Assembly: GCA_013203785.1 (NCBI GenBank)
Contig: JABMPJ010000210.1
Location: 1 to 59,244 of the forward strand
Length of the DNA: 59,244 nucleotides
Direction: 5' to 3'
Origin: Lentisphaerota bacterium
GTDB lineage: Bacteria; Verrucomicrobiota; Kiritimatiellia; UBA8416; JABMPJ01
In this document: positions 39,147 through 47,905 of the stretch, piece after piece
How positions within the stretch are numbered: the stretch's first letter is position 1
How the letters are laid out: each line of letters begins with the position of its first letter
Made by a program: the position numbers and the translations under genes
The notes under the pieces: generated by a model
Databases searched by the model: none
The model's input: the letters and a program-made list of their open reading frames with translations, nothing else
Told to the model about the DNA's origin: nothing

Positions 39147-39261
39147 TGGGATCGGGATCGGGATGTGGAACGGGATGAGGGGAATGTGTCCGGGCGCTTC
39201 GATGTCGACTCTTCCTCCTCCGACCCCATCTGCGCTGATCTGCGTCATCTGCGGGCAGTCT
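39117..39261. repeat. Family A element, copy 2 (direct repeat of copy 1)
   Basis: Differs from copy 1 by 5 substitutions and one 6-bp indel; contains the GxxExxY stop codon. Confidence 0.9.
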
Positions 39262-39314
39262 CTTCCTGAGACTTCGGAGTTTACACGCTGGGGCACGCAG
39301 GGTAGGGTCTCGGC

Positions 39315-41345
39315 ATGGTTCGTTGCTCGCGGTTCGTACCCTATATTCCCCTGTTGATTGTGCTGGGGGGCGTGTTGAGTTATCTCAACACATTCGGAAA
39401 CCCCTTTATCTTTGACGACCTGCCTGCCATCGTGGGCAATCGCAATATCGGGCAGCTCTGGCCTGTCATTCCAGGGGCCCGGTGGATCGTTAATCTCTCC
39501 TTCCGCCTAAATTATGCGCTCGCCGGGTTCAGTGTGGCTGAGTATCACGCGGTCAACCTGCTGATCCACATCTGGGCAGCGCTGCTTCTCTTCGGTATTG
39601 TGCGTCGCACCCTCGCCCTGCCAGGGCTGCGCACGCTGTGGGGTGATGCCGCGCCATGTCTCGCCGGGGTGAGCGCGCTGCTGTTCGTGGTGCATCCCCT
39701 CCAAACCGGTAGCGTGAGCTATCTCTGTCAGCGTTATGAATCCATGATGGGTCTCTTCTTCCTGGGGACGCTCTATGCCTTCATCCGTGCTGTGACAGCT
39801 GGCTCTACGCGTAGCCAATGGGGATGGGCGACGGGGACGATTGCACTCTGTCTGCTGGGTATGGGCACCAAGGAAGTCATGCTGACGGCTCCTTTCGTGC
39901 TTCTGCTGTATGATTGGATCTTCCTGGGGAAGGGGGCCGTCCCAACCCCCTCCCCACACAGGCCCTCGCTCTTGAGGTGGTTCATTCATGTGGGCTGTTT
40001 CGCCAGTCTGCTCGTTCTGCTTGTCTTTGAGCTGCAGATGGTACGTGAGCTGTCGGCAGGTGGTCACGACATGGTGAGCGTGGTGTCGCCCTGGCTCTAT
40101 CTGGCGACGCAGACGGAGGTCATTCTGCACTATCTACGGTTGGCCGTGTGGCCGACGGGTCAATGTCTGGACTATGCGTGGCCGATCGTGGCGGGGTGGG
40201 GCGAGATATGGCCGGCCGCACTGGCGGTGATCGGCTTGGGCTTGCTGACGCTATGGGGCACGTGGAAACGGATGCCCTGGGCATTTCTGGGCGGCTGGTT
40301 CTTTCTGATTCTAGCACCCTCCTCCAGTCTGCTTCCCGCACCCGATGCGGCGTTCGAACACCGTATGTACCTGCCATTGGCAGCGGTGTTGGTGGGGTAC
40401 GTGATCGGAGCCTACCGGCTTCTGAGATCACATGTCATGCGCTCGCCACGTATGGGGGCAATTCTGGTAGTGGCCGCGATGGGTCTGGCGGTGGTTCTGG
40501 GATGGGGCACACATCTGCGCAATCGCTGCTATGCCACGAGTGAGGCGATGTGGCGTGATGTCATGGCCAAGCAGCCGGGGAACTACCGTCAGCGACTGGC
40601 GCTCTTCCATGCCCTCTTCAATCGGGGGGACGATGCGGAGGCGGAGCAGGTGATCCGATCGCTGATGGCGGATACAGTGGATGGGTTTAACCGGGGGGAG
40701 AGCTCGGTGGTAGCGGCACGGGATCCCTTCTGGCACTACGCCGTGGCACGCGGACAATGGGGGCGGCTGCTGCTGCGCCGCGGCGATGCGGCCGCTGCGG
40801 TGACGGAGATCGCGTCGGCGATTCGGGCGCTACCGGGACATTCGGTGCTGCACCACAATATGGCGCGGGCCCTCTCGGCGTTGGGGCGCTATGATGAGGC
40901 GCTGCTGGCTTCACAGGAATCGCTGCGGCTGGATCCGAGCTATGCACGCGGGCACGGGATGATGGGGTTCCTGCTCGTTCAGCGGGGCGATTATGGCGGC
41001 GGCGCGGCGGCGTACCGTGAGGCGTTGAGACTGAGTCCACCACCGCACCATGCACTCAGCCTGGAGTATGCCTGGCTGCTGGCAACGGCGCCGGACGCAG
41101 CGGTGCGGCTGGGCACCGAGGCTGAGCGGATCGCGGCGGAGGTGAGCCGGGCGCTGGAGGGCCGCAGTGCGCGAGCCCTTGATGTGTTGGCGGCGGCTCA
41201 GGCGGAGCAGGGGCGATTTGATGAGGCGATTGAGACGGTGAAGCTGGCGCTGGCGTTGGCGGGGGAAGAGGAGCGGGAGGGGCTGCGGGAGAGGCTGGAG
41301 TGTTATGGCCGTGGTGAGGCGGCCGGCGGATGGCCGCGGATGTGA
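39315..41345 (+). CDS. TMTC-like (GT-C) membrane protein with C-terminal TPRs, putative protein O-mannosyltransferase
   Basis: FIFDD in the first loop, YH.VNLLIH, HPLQT.SV.Y..QR.E, KE, YLRL..WP..QCLDY, EHRMYLP, followed by TPR helices. Confidence 0.78.
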   Translation: MVRCSRFVPYIPLLIVLGGVLSYLNTFGNPFIFDDLPAIVGNRNIGQLWPVIPGARWIVNLSFRLNYALAGFSVAEYHAVNLLIHIWAALLLFGIVRRTLALPGLRTLWGDAAPCLAGVSALLFVVHPLQTGSVSYLCQRYESMMGLFFLGTLYAFIRAVTAGSTRSQWGWATGTIALCLLGMGTKEVMLTAPFVLLLYDWIFLGKGAVPTPSPHRPSLLRWFIHVGCFASLLVLLVFELQMVRELSAGGHDMVSVVSPWLYLATQTEVILHYLRLAVWPTGQCLDYAWPIVAGWGEIWPAALAVIGLGLLTLWGTWKRMPWAFLGGWFFLILAPSSSLLPAPDAAFEHRMYLPLAAVLVGYVIGAYRLLRSHVMRSPRMGAILVVAAMGLAVVLGWGTHLRNRCYATSEAMWRDVMAKQPGNYRQRLALFHALFNRGDDAEAEQVIRSLMADTVDGFNRGESSVVAARDPFWHYAVARGQWGRLLLRRGDAAAAVTEIASAIRALPGHSVLHHNMARALSALGRYDEALLASQESLRLDPSYARGHGMMGFLLVQRGDYGGGAAAYREALRLSPPPHHALSLEYAWLLATAPDAAVRLGTEAERIAAEVSRALEGRSARALDVLAAAQAEQGRFDEAIETVKLALALAGEEEREGLRERLECYGRGEAAGGWPRM

Positions 41346-41357
41346 TGTGAGGTGTTT

Positions 41358-41715
41358 GGGCTGCTGACGTAGTGGGGGAGTTTGCCCGCAGATGGCCGCA
41401 GATGTTCGCAGATGGGATGTGGGTGGTGTACTGGTGTGTGGATGAGGGATGTGGCGGGAATCGCCCAGATCGGAATACCGATCTGAACGATTCCCGCCAC
41501 GTTTCACCTGGCTGCTGATCGCAGCCGAAGGGGCGCTTGGGCTGTCGGAGTGCATCGCAGGAAAGTTGGGCTTTCGGTTGGATTCTGTTCCCATGAGTGT
41601 AGCCAGGGGTTTTGCCGGGCGCGATTGGCGCCGACGGATTCGCACAACAGTTCCCGTTCCCATCTGCGCAGATCTGCGGCCATCTGCGGGCAACTCCCCA
41701 CTGCGTCAGCAGCCC
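41358..41715. repeat. Family A element, copy 3, MITE/REPIN-like with ~58-bp terminal inverted repeats
   Basis: gggctgctgacgtagtgggggagtttgcccgcagatggccgcagat ... atctgcggccatctgcgggcaactccccactgcgtcagcagccc; fills the gap between two convergent stops. Confidence 0.88.
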
Positions 41716-43203
41716 TCACCGTGCGGCGCGAATGAGCCGCGGTAGGATCATGGGTGCGATGAGCGTGAGGTAGAGCAGAATGGCGCTGATGGCCATGCCC
41801 GCAGAACGTGACACGAGCCGCTCAACCGGCCCCGCCCAGAGGGAGAGAGAGAGCAGGCCCACGCCGCAACCTGAGATGTAGAGGGCGCGGGAGGGCGCGA
41901 GTCCAAATGAGGGCATCTTCACTTTCAAAAGCACAAAGCCAGCTATTCCCATCACGGCATGCGTACAGCACACCGCAATGGCCGCGCCACGAAGTCCGTA
42001 TTTGGGAATCAGCCATAAGCAGAGTCCGACGTTGATCAGCGGTCCGAACAGCATGATGAGTGATGTTGTGTGGTTGCGTTGCTTGGCATTCCAGGCGTTG
42101 AAGCAGAAATAGCCGGAGATATAGAGGATCATGCCAGCCGCAAGGTATGGAAGGAGGGCGCCCGCAGCGACGAATTGTTCTGAAAAGAGCAGGGCAATGA
42201 TCCGATTTCCGAAGGGCACCGTCACCAGCAAGGCAAGCCAGAGCAACGCCAGCATGGCGTTGACAAAATCGGAACAGAGCTTGGCAATGGCCGGTTCCGA
42301 ATCGCCTTCTCCCCACATGGCCGCGATCACCGGTATGCTGACCGTGGGTAGGATGATCAATAGGGCGTAAAGGATCATCACAATCGGCACGGCCACACTA
42401 TAGACCGCCATGGCGGTTGCCCCGAGCAACATCGTTGCCACAAGCTGGTCCACGTAGAGCACGGTCTGGGCACTGATGTTAAAAATCGCCAACCAGAGTC
42501 CTCTGATCAAATATCTACCGACCCCCTGCAGTGAGAAATAGCGAAGGTGCATATCTACACGCCCGGACCCCACGATGTAGGACATGGCCAACAAGCAGAA
42601 GAGGCCGCTGCCGCCTATAAAGAGGAGCGGTGGCACGCGGATCGATGGCCCGCAGCGCAAGGCAACCATCAGCATCAGCATAAACTTTAGGAGCAGCATC
42701 CCGTAGCCAACGACAAACGCCCTAAATGAACAGAGCACAGCAAAGAGATGCCCCTCCAAACAGAATAGGGGGAAGAAGAATGCCATCAGGCGAATAGCAT
42801 CCACGGCTTCCTCTTGGTGAAAGAAGTGCGTAGCCAGCCAAGGGGCCAGGATCCAAAAGCCGATAGTGCCCATCACCCCGGAGAGCACCTTGTAGAGGGC
42901 CGTGGAGAAAAAAATGTGACTGACCGCCTCTGTGTCGCCGGCCGCGTGCTCTTTCGATATGGCTATTGTGGAGTAATTGGCCCCGCCCAGATCGATCAGT
43001 ATGGCGGTGAAGAATAGGACGGTATAGTTGATGTAGAACCAGCCAAAATCGGCCGGCGCTAGCGTTAGGGCCCAGTGGCGGCGCAGGACAAGATTGACGA
43101 GCCCCATCCCCACGGTACTCACCAGTCCGATTAGTGTGCCTTGGGCAAGGTGTTTATGGTGCGACGTCTGTATTGGTGTTTGCGCCATATGTGGGGGGAG
43201 CAT
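41716..43203 (-). CDS. wzx: Oligosaccharide flippase (Wzx/MATE-like)
   Basis: LAPADFG, D.G, VDQLV...LLG...AVYSVA, NVGL...LIPKYGLRGAAIA; many TM segments. Confidence 0.78.
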   Translation of the reverse strand: MLPPHMAQTPIQTSHHKHLAQGTLIGLVSTVGMGLVNLVLRRHWALTLAPADFGWFYINYTVLFFTAILIDLGGANYSTIAISKEHAAGDTEAVSHIFFSTALYKVLSGVMGTIGFWILAPWLATHFFHQEEAVDAIRLMAFFFPLFCLEGHLFAVLCSFRAFVVGYGMLLLKFMLMLMVALRCGPSIRVPPLLFIGGSGLFCLLAMSYIVGSGRVDMHLRYFSLQGVGRYLIRGLWLAIFNISAQTVLYVDQLVATMLLGATAMAVYSVAVPIVMILYALLIILPTVSIPVIAAMWGEGDSEPAIAKLCSDFVNAMLALLWLALLVTVPFGNRIIALLFSEQFVAAGALLPYLAAGMILYISGYFCFNAWNAKQRNHTTSLIMLFGPLINVGLCLWLIPKYGLRGAAIAVCCTHAVMGIAGFVLLKVKMPSFGLAPSRALYISGCGVGLLSLSLWAGPVERLVSRSAGMAISAILLYLTLIAPMILPRLIRAAR

Positions 43204-43294
43204 AGCATAGCGTCGCCGATTGGCTAACTAGATCTAGAAGGAAGAGTTAAGTCAGAAATGATGAACGCTTCCCTGAATGATTCATGAACTATTA

Positions 43295-43680
43295 GGAGAG
43301 GCTGCCCGCAGATCACGCAGATCGGCGCAGATGGGAGGGCTGAGGGGGGGGGTGAGAAATGTTGCGAGAATAGTGCAGCGGGGAATACCCCTCTGAACGA
43401 TTCTCGCAACGTGGCTCCCCGGTGGCTGATCGCCGCCAGTAGGGATGGGAAAACAGCAAGCAGCCATGGAGGTGAGATGGAAGGGGTTATGAGTCTGGAT
43501 ACGGGTCTTTCCGGCTGCGATCAGCAGCTGGCGGATAAGGTTGAGCGAATCCTATGGCGGAGGCTTGTCCTACGAAGCTTCAGCGAAGTAGGATATTCCT
43601 CTGCCGACGGATTCGCTCAACATTTCTTCTTTCCCATATCCCATCTGCGCGAATCTGCGTCATCTGCGGGCAGTCCCTCT
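43295..43680. repeat. Family A element, copy 4 (two inverted arm+H-hairpin halves, nested family B)
   Basis: Arms at 43302 and 43673; H hairpins at 43359-43412 (+) and 43538-43623 (-); family B at 43564-43593. Confidence 0.85.
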
Positions 43681-43769
43681 CCCCCTCTTCACGAGATCAA
43701 GAATTTGATGGATGGATCAGGCCAAATGGTGCGCCCGAATCGCTATGCAACGACCCTGGGGGGTTTTTA

Positions 43770-44657
43770 ATGATCTGGATTACTGGTGCCAATGGAATGC
43801 TGGGTAGCGATTTGGTGCCGCTATTGCGCGACGGGGGATGGGATGTGCTGGCGACCGATGCCGAGGTTGATGTCCGCGATAGTGAAGCGCTACGGGTGGC
43901 CGTGGCGAGCAAACCAATCGATTGGGTGATTAACTGTTGTGCTTATACGGCCGTTGACGCCGCCGAGGCCAACGAGGCGGCCGCCATGGCAATCAATGTC
44001 GACGGGGCCGCGCATGTGGCGGAGGTGGCCACGTCGCTCCAGGCCCGCATGATCCATATCTCGACGGACTACGTCTTTGACGGGCAAGCCACGCATCCCC
44101 GAACGGAGGATGAGCCGCGCTCCCCGATCGGAGTATATGCCCGCTCTAAGGCTGAAAGTGAAAAGCGCGTTGCGGCCGCCGCACCTGATTCCACGATTCT
44201 TCGGACCGCCTGGTTGTATGGGCACCATGGCGGCAATTTTGTGCATACGATGCTGCGTCTTATGGAAGAACGGGAGCAGATCTCCGTCGTGAACGACCAG
44301 TTCGGCTCTCCAACGCAGACGGTCACGCTCTGTCGCGTCATCCGCCAGATAATCCGTCGGGACGTCCACGCCGACGGCATCTACCATGTCACGAGCCGTG
44401 GTGAAACCTCGTGGTATGGGTTCGCGCTAGCCATTCGCGATCTGGCCCTTGAGCGCGGATTGCTCTCGCACCCGTGTGAAGTGAAGCCGATAGCCACGGT
44501 AGACTATCCCACCCCGGCACGTCGCCCACCCTACTCCGTGCTCTCATGTGCCAAGATTGAGGGCCTTCTTGATATTGAGCTGCCTTCGTGGCAGTCCAGC
44601 CTGGCCACTTTCCTCACAGAGGCGGCCGAGCTGCCGAAGCACACAGCCGTCGTATAG
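43770..44657 (+). CDS. rfbD: dTDP-4-dehydrorhamnose reductase
   Basis: MIWITGANGMLG, NCCAYTAVD.AE, HISTDYVFDG, YARSK, VVNDQFGSPT, YPTPARRP.YSVL. Confidence 0.93.
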   Translation: MIWITGANGMLGSDLVPLLRDGGWDVLATDAEVDVRDSEALRVAVASKPIDWVINCCAYTAVDAAEANEAAAMAINVDGAAHVAEVATSLQARMIHISTDYVFDGQATHPRTEDEPRSPIGVYARSKAESEKRVAAAAPDSTILRTAWLYGHHGGNFVHTMLRLMEEREQISVVNDQFGSPTQTVTLCRVIRQIIRRDVHADGIYHVTSRGETSWYGFALAIRDLALERGLLSHPCEVKPIATVDYPTPARRPPYSVLSCAKIEGLLDIELPSWQSSLATFLTEAAELPKHTAVV

Positions 44658-44667
44658 GGAGCCGCGA

Positions 44668-44937
44668 GGAGAGGCTGCCCGCAGATCACGCAGATCGACG
44701 CAGATGAGAGGGATGATGGGGGGGCCGTGAGTCAGCGATACTTGTCGATGAGTCTGGATACGGGTCTTTCCGGCTGCGATCAGCAGCTGGCGGATAACGT
44801 TGAGCGAATCCTATGGCTGAGGCTTGTCCTACGAAGCTTCAGCGAAGTAGGATATTCCTCCGCCGACGGATTCACTCAACATTTCTTCTTTCCCATATTC
44901 CATCTGCGTCGATCTGCGTGATCTGCGGGCAGTCTCT
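44668..44937. repeat. Family A element, copy 5
   Basis: 44748-44934 matches 43489-43675 with ~9 mismatches in 187 bp; family B at 44823-44852. Confidence 0.88.
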
Positions 44938-44997
44938 GTCTCTCTCGTCACACGATCTCTAAACGAACTCCCTCGCTATTCTTGCATGACTCCCTGA

Positions 44998-45735
44998 CTA
45001 ATCCTTGATGCACTTGAGATAGCCGTTTGGCGCGCAGGTGATCAGCAGCTTGCTGTCGATATCCTTGTCCACGACAAAGCGGTCGTTTTTCTCCAGAAAC
45101 GCCCATACCGCTGTCTTGGGGTTGTTGCCCTTGCCCCAGGGGCGCTCAGAGAAGAGCGCGTCATCCGCATCCTCGATGCCGGTATCTAGTACGATGAGAT
45201 AGCTGCCCTTCTTAACCAGCGAGGCATAGAGATCAAGTTCCCGCATCACATGGTCATGGGTGTGATTGGAGTCTAGAACCACCATCACGCGCGGCTTTCC
45301 CTCAGCAAACTGGTGTACCTGCCGCGCAATCTCCTCGTCGATGGATGATCCCTCGATCATGTGAATGCGCTTCACCATGGGGTGGGCCTCGATAGCCGCG
45401 CGGTTGTGCTCCCGGATGTCGATGTCGACGCCAAGCACCTCGCCGTGGCCGAGTAGCTCCAGCATGGAGGCATGAAAAATGATGGAGCCGCCATGGGCAA
45501 TGCCGGTCTCAATAATCAGATCGGGCTTTACCTCCCAAATCAACTCCTGCATCGCCATGATGTCCTGAGGAAACTGGATGATCGGTCGGCCCATCCACTT
45601 GAAGAAATAGCTATACTTGTGGGGTGCGGAGTCCTCCATGAAGCAACGGGCGGTCGCACGAAGGCTCTCGTTCTTTCCTGCAGCCTCAATATCGGCGCGT
45701 TTCTCCTCTTCAAACTGTCGGACTGCATCATTCAT
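44998..45735 (-). CDS. CmcI (cephalosporin hydroxylase) family, probable sugar O-methyltransferase
   Basis: WMGRPIIQFPQD, KPDLIIETGIAHGGS, LDSNHTHDHV, WGKGNNPKTAV. Confidence 0.9.
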   Translation of the reverse strand: MNDAVRQFEEEKRADIEAAGKNESLRATARCFMEDSAPHKYSYFFKWMGRPIIQFPQDIMAMQELIWEVKPDLIIETGIAHGGSIIFHASMLELLGHGEVLGVDIDIREHNRAAIEAHPMVKRIHMIEGSSIDEEIARQVHQFAEGKPRVMVVLDSNHTHDHVMRELDLYASLVKKGSYLIVLDTGIEDADDALFSERPWGKGNNPKTAVWAFLEKNDRFVVDKDIDSKLLITCAPNGYLKCIKD

Positions 45736-46753
45736 TTTCTGGGTTCTCCTTTAGTCGTGCCATTTCCGCGGCAACCCGAAGAATCAACTCCTCGCTTGGA
45801 TCAACACGGTCAATTTTGCTTACTTCGATAATGAGTTTGCGGGGATTTACGGTGTAGGCCTCAGCGGCCACGTAGATCCGCGGGAGATAGCTGGAGTGGA
45901 ACTGCGCCATCCCGATCACGGCTTGCAGACTACTGATCCCACTGCTTTCTGCTTGGCGGGACCGAATGATCCTTTCGCCGGACTCCAAGGCTCGCATGGG
46001 ATTCACACCCGTGTGGTAGCCTCGCTTCTCGCAGAGAATGGCCATAATCTCGCTCTGCGCGTTGCCGGCGCCCCGTCCCAAGCCCTGCAACGTACAGTCC
46101 GTCATCGCCGCGCCGGCCTCAAAAGCGACAAGGCTATTGGCGACGGCCAGCATGAGGTTGTTGTGACCATGAAAACCGATATCAACGCTCAGCTCGGTGC
46201 TCAACATGCCGACATACCGCTGGACGTCATTCGGCATCATGCCCCCCGCCGAATCGACGACATTGATGGTGTCTACCCCGGCATCCACAATCGGATGCAT
46301 ACGCTGGACCAGCTCGACCGGTGAGACCGCGTAGGATTTCATCGCATTGTACGACACATGTAGCCCAAGCCGCTTTGCGTACACCACGAAATCAACCGCC
46401 TCGTCTGATTGCGTCACGTTCGTACCGATGCGCACAAAATCCATTCCGCAAGCGGAGGCACGATCCAGATCCTCCTTGCGCCCGATGCCGGGAATGAAGA
46501 AGGCCCCGAACCGTGCCTCGGTCAGCACACTCGCGGCGGCGTTCAGATATTCCTCATCGGTCGCGGCCGCAAACCCGTACTTGGCACCAGACGCGTTAAG
46601 CCCCACCCCGTGCCCGACTTCGATCCAACGGAATCCTGCCGCCTCCAACGCCCGACAGATCACGCGTGTGTCCTGAATCGTAAACCCGAAGTTGACGGCG
46701 TAGCTTCCGTCTCGAAGCGTACAATCCAAAAGGTCTTTGCTTGGTTCAGTCAT
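45728..46753 (-). CDS. 4-hydroxy-2-oxovalerate aldolase-like DRE-TIM metallolyase
   Basis: LDCTLRDGSY, EVGHGVGL, VDSAG, GFHGHNNL, GLGRGAGN. Confidence 0.82.
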   Translation of the reverse strand: MTEPSKDLLDCTLRDGSYAVNFGFTIQDTRVICRALEAAGFRWIEVGHGVGLNASGAKYGFAAATDEEYLNAAASVLTEARFGAFFIPGIGRKEDLDRASACGMDFVRIGTNVTQSDEAVDFVVYAKRLGLHVSYNAMKSYAVSPVELVQRMHPIVDAGVDTINVVDSAGGMMPNDVQRYVGMLSTELSVDIGFHGHNNLMLAVANSLVAFEAGAAMTDCTLQGLGRGAGNAQSEIMAILCEKRGYHTGVNPMRALESGERIIRSRQAESSGISSLQAVIGMAQFHSSYLPRIYVAAEAYTVNPRKLIIEVSKIDRVDPSEELILRVAAEMARLKENPENE

Positions 46754-46756
46754 GGC

Positions 46757-47893
46757 TCAGCTCGAAAGGCTTCCTTCGTCACCGGGAGTTTCTAAACAGT
46801 CGCGAATGATGCGACAACAACGCTCAATGTAGGGCTTATCGGCCACACGGTCGACCCACAGGTTCAGAATGCGAGGGCAAAGGTACTGCGTGTCCGGCAA
46901 CGCTTTCTCGCCGCACATCAGATCGGCAACCGACCAGTAGTGGTTGGACGCATGGATACCATTGCGTCGCAAACGCTCTGTGACGAGCAGGAGTTTCTCC
47001 GAATCGTGAATGATGAGAGCATAGCGCCATACCACACGACTGCTTCGCCAAGCCGAACACAACGTCAACCCTTGGCACCCCTCCAACTGCGCGTGGTACT
47101 GCTCCGCGCGCTGAACGCGCTCGCCATTCTCGGCATCCAGATTCTGGAAGCCAGAGGCCACCTTGGCCATGATGGTGGGATCCTCCGGGAACGCATGCAG
47201 GTAAAGATCTCTATACAGGGGGAGGGCCTCACTGAATATCTGGTGCACATCTAGAGAGGGGTCCGTACGCAGCAAATCCACGCACGCATGATAGAGGTTG
47301 CGGTGACTCAGTGCGCGCAACGCAAGGGGCGTGGATCGCGCAAAGGGAGGCAGGCAGGCCATTTCCTTTTCTATGATGGGCAGCCACTCGTCACGCTGAG
47401 TGAGCAACGCGCCCCCGGCCCCGGCCTGGACTATCTTTGTGCCGCCGAAACTCAAAATCCCAAAATCCCCCCATCCCCCCATGGGTCGGCCTTCGTAGGA
47501 GCCGCCGAGCGACTGCGCGGCGTCTTCAATGACGAAGATGCCCCGTTCGCGAGCCACCTCCAGAAGGGGGCGCATCGGCACCGCATTCCCAAACAAGTGA
47601 ACCGGCATGATCGCCCGCGTCTGCGGTGAAATTCGCGCGCTGAACGTGGTCTCGTCGAGCACGAAATCGTCCCGCCTCACATCTGCAAAGACGGGCTTGA
47701 ATCCGGCGTAGATGGCGACTTGCGCAAGGGACGGACAGCAGAGGGTTGGAATGATCACCTCACCGCTTCCCGCGACCGACTCAATGGCTTTTAGTGCCAA
47801 GTATATGGCGGTCGAACCGTGACCGGTCAGGAAAGCGCGCCGACAGCCACATTGCTGGTTTATCACCTCTTCTATGCTCCGGAGTGTCTGCAC
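46757..47893 (-). CDS. DegT/DnrJ/EryC1/StrS family aminotransferase
   Basis: VIIPTLCC, PVHLFG, IEDAAQSLG, SFGGTK..AGAGG. Confidence 0.82.
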   Translation of the reverse strand: MQTLRSIEEVINQQCGCRRAFLTGHGSTAIYLALKAIESVAGSGEVIIPTLCCPSLAQVAIYAGFKPVFADVRRDDFVLDETTFSARISPQTRAIMPVHLFGNAVPMRPLLEVARERGIFVIEDAAQSLGGSYEGRPMGGWGDFGILSFGGTKIVQAGAGGALLTQRDEWLPIIEKEMACLPPFARSTPLALRALSHRNLYHACVDLLRTDPSLDVHQIFSEALPLYRDLYLHAFPEDPTIMAKVASGFQNLDAENGERVQRAEQYHAQLEGCQGLTLCSAWRSSRVVWRYALIIHDSEKLLLVTERLRRNGIHASNHYWSVADLMCGEKALPDTQYLCPRILNLWVDRVADKPYIERCCRIIRDCLETPGDEGSLSS

Positions 47894-47905
47894 GAAAGCC
47901 TCCTG

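Noticed and set aside
38415-39357. Short ORFs with ICVICG/PQMTQI/SASSAG peptides (also 40911-41745, 43224-43770, 44727-44921, 54750-55117, 56287-56484)
   Set aside because: They are translations of the repeat elements and show no protein-family motifs.
43554-43769. 72-aa N-terminal extension of rfbD
   Set aside because: It lies largely in repeat copy 4; the Rossmann motif starts at ATG 43770.
41358-44937. Elements as integron attC sites
   Set aside because: No integrase in the window. The H hairpin runs GTT...AAC, the reverse of the RYYYAAC...GTTRRRY attC layout.
44998-45735. Cephalosporin/antibiotic biosynthesis
   Set aside because: CmcI-family genes occur in sugar loci as probable methyltransferases; no NRPS or PKS genes are present.
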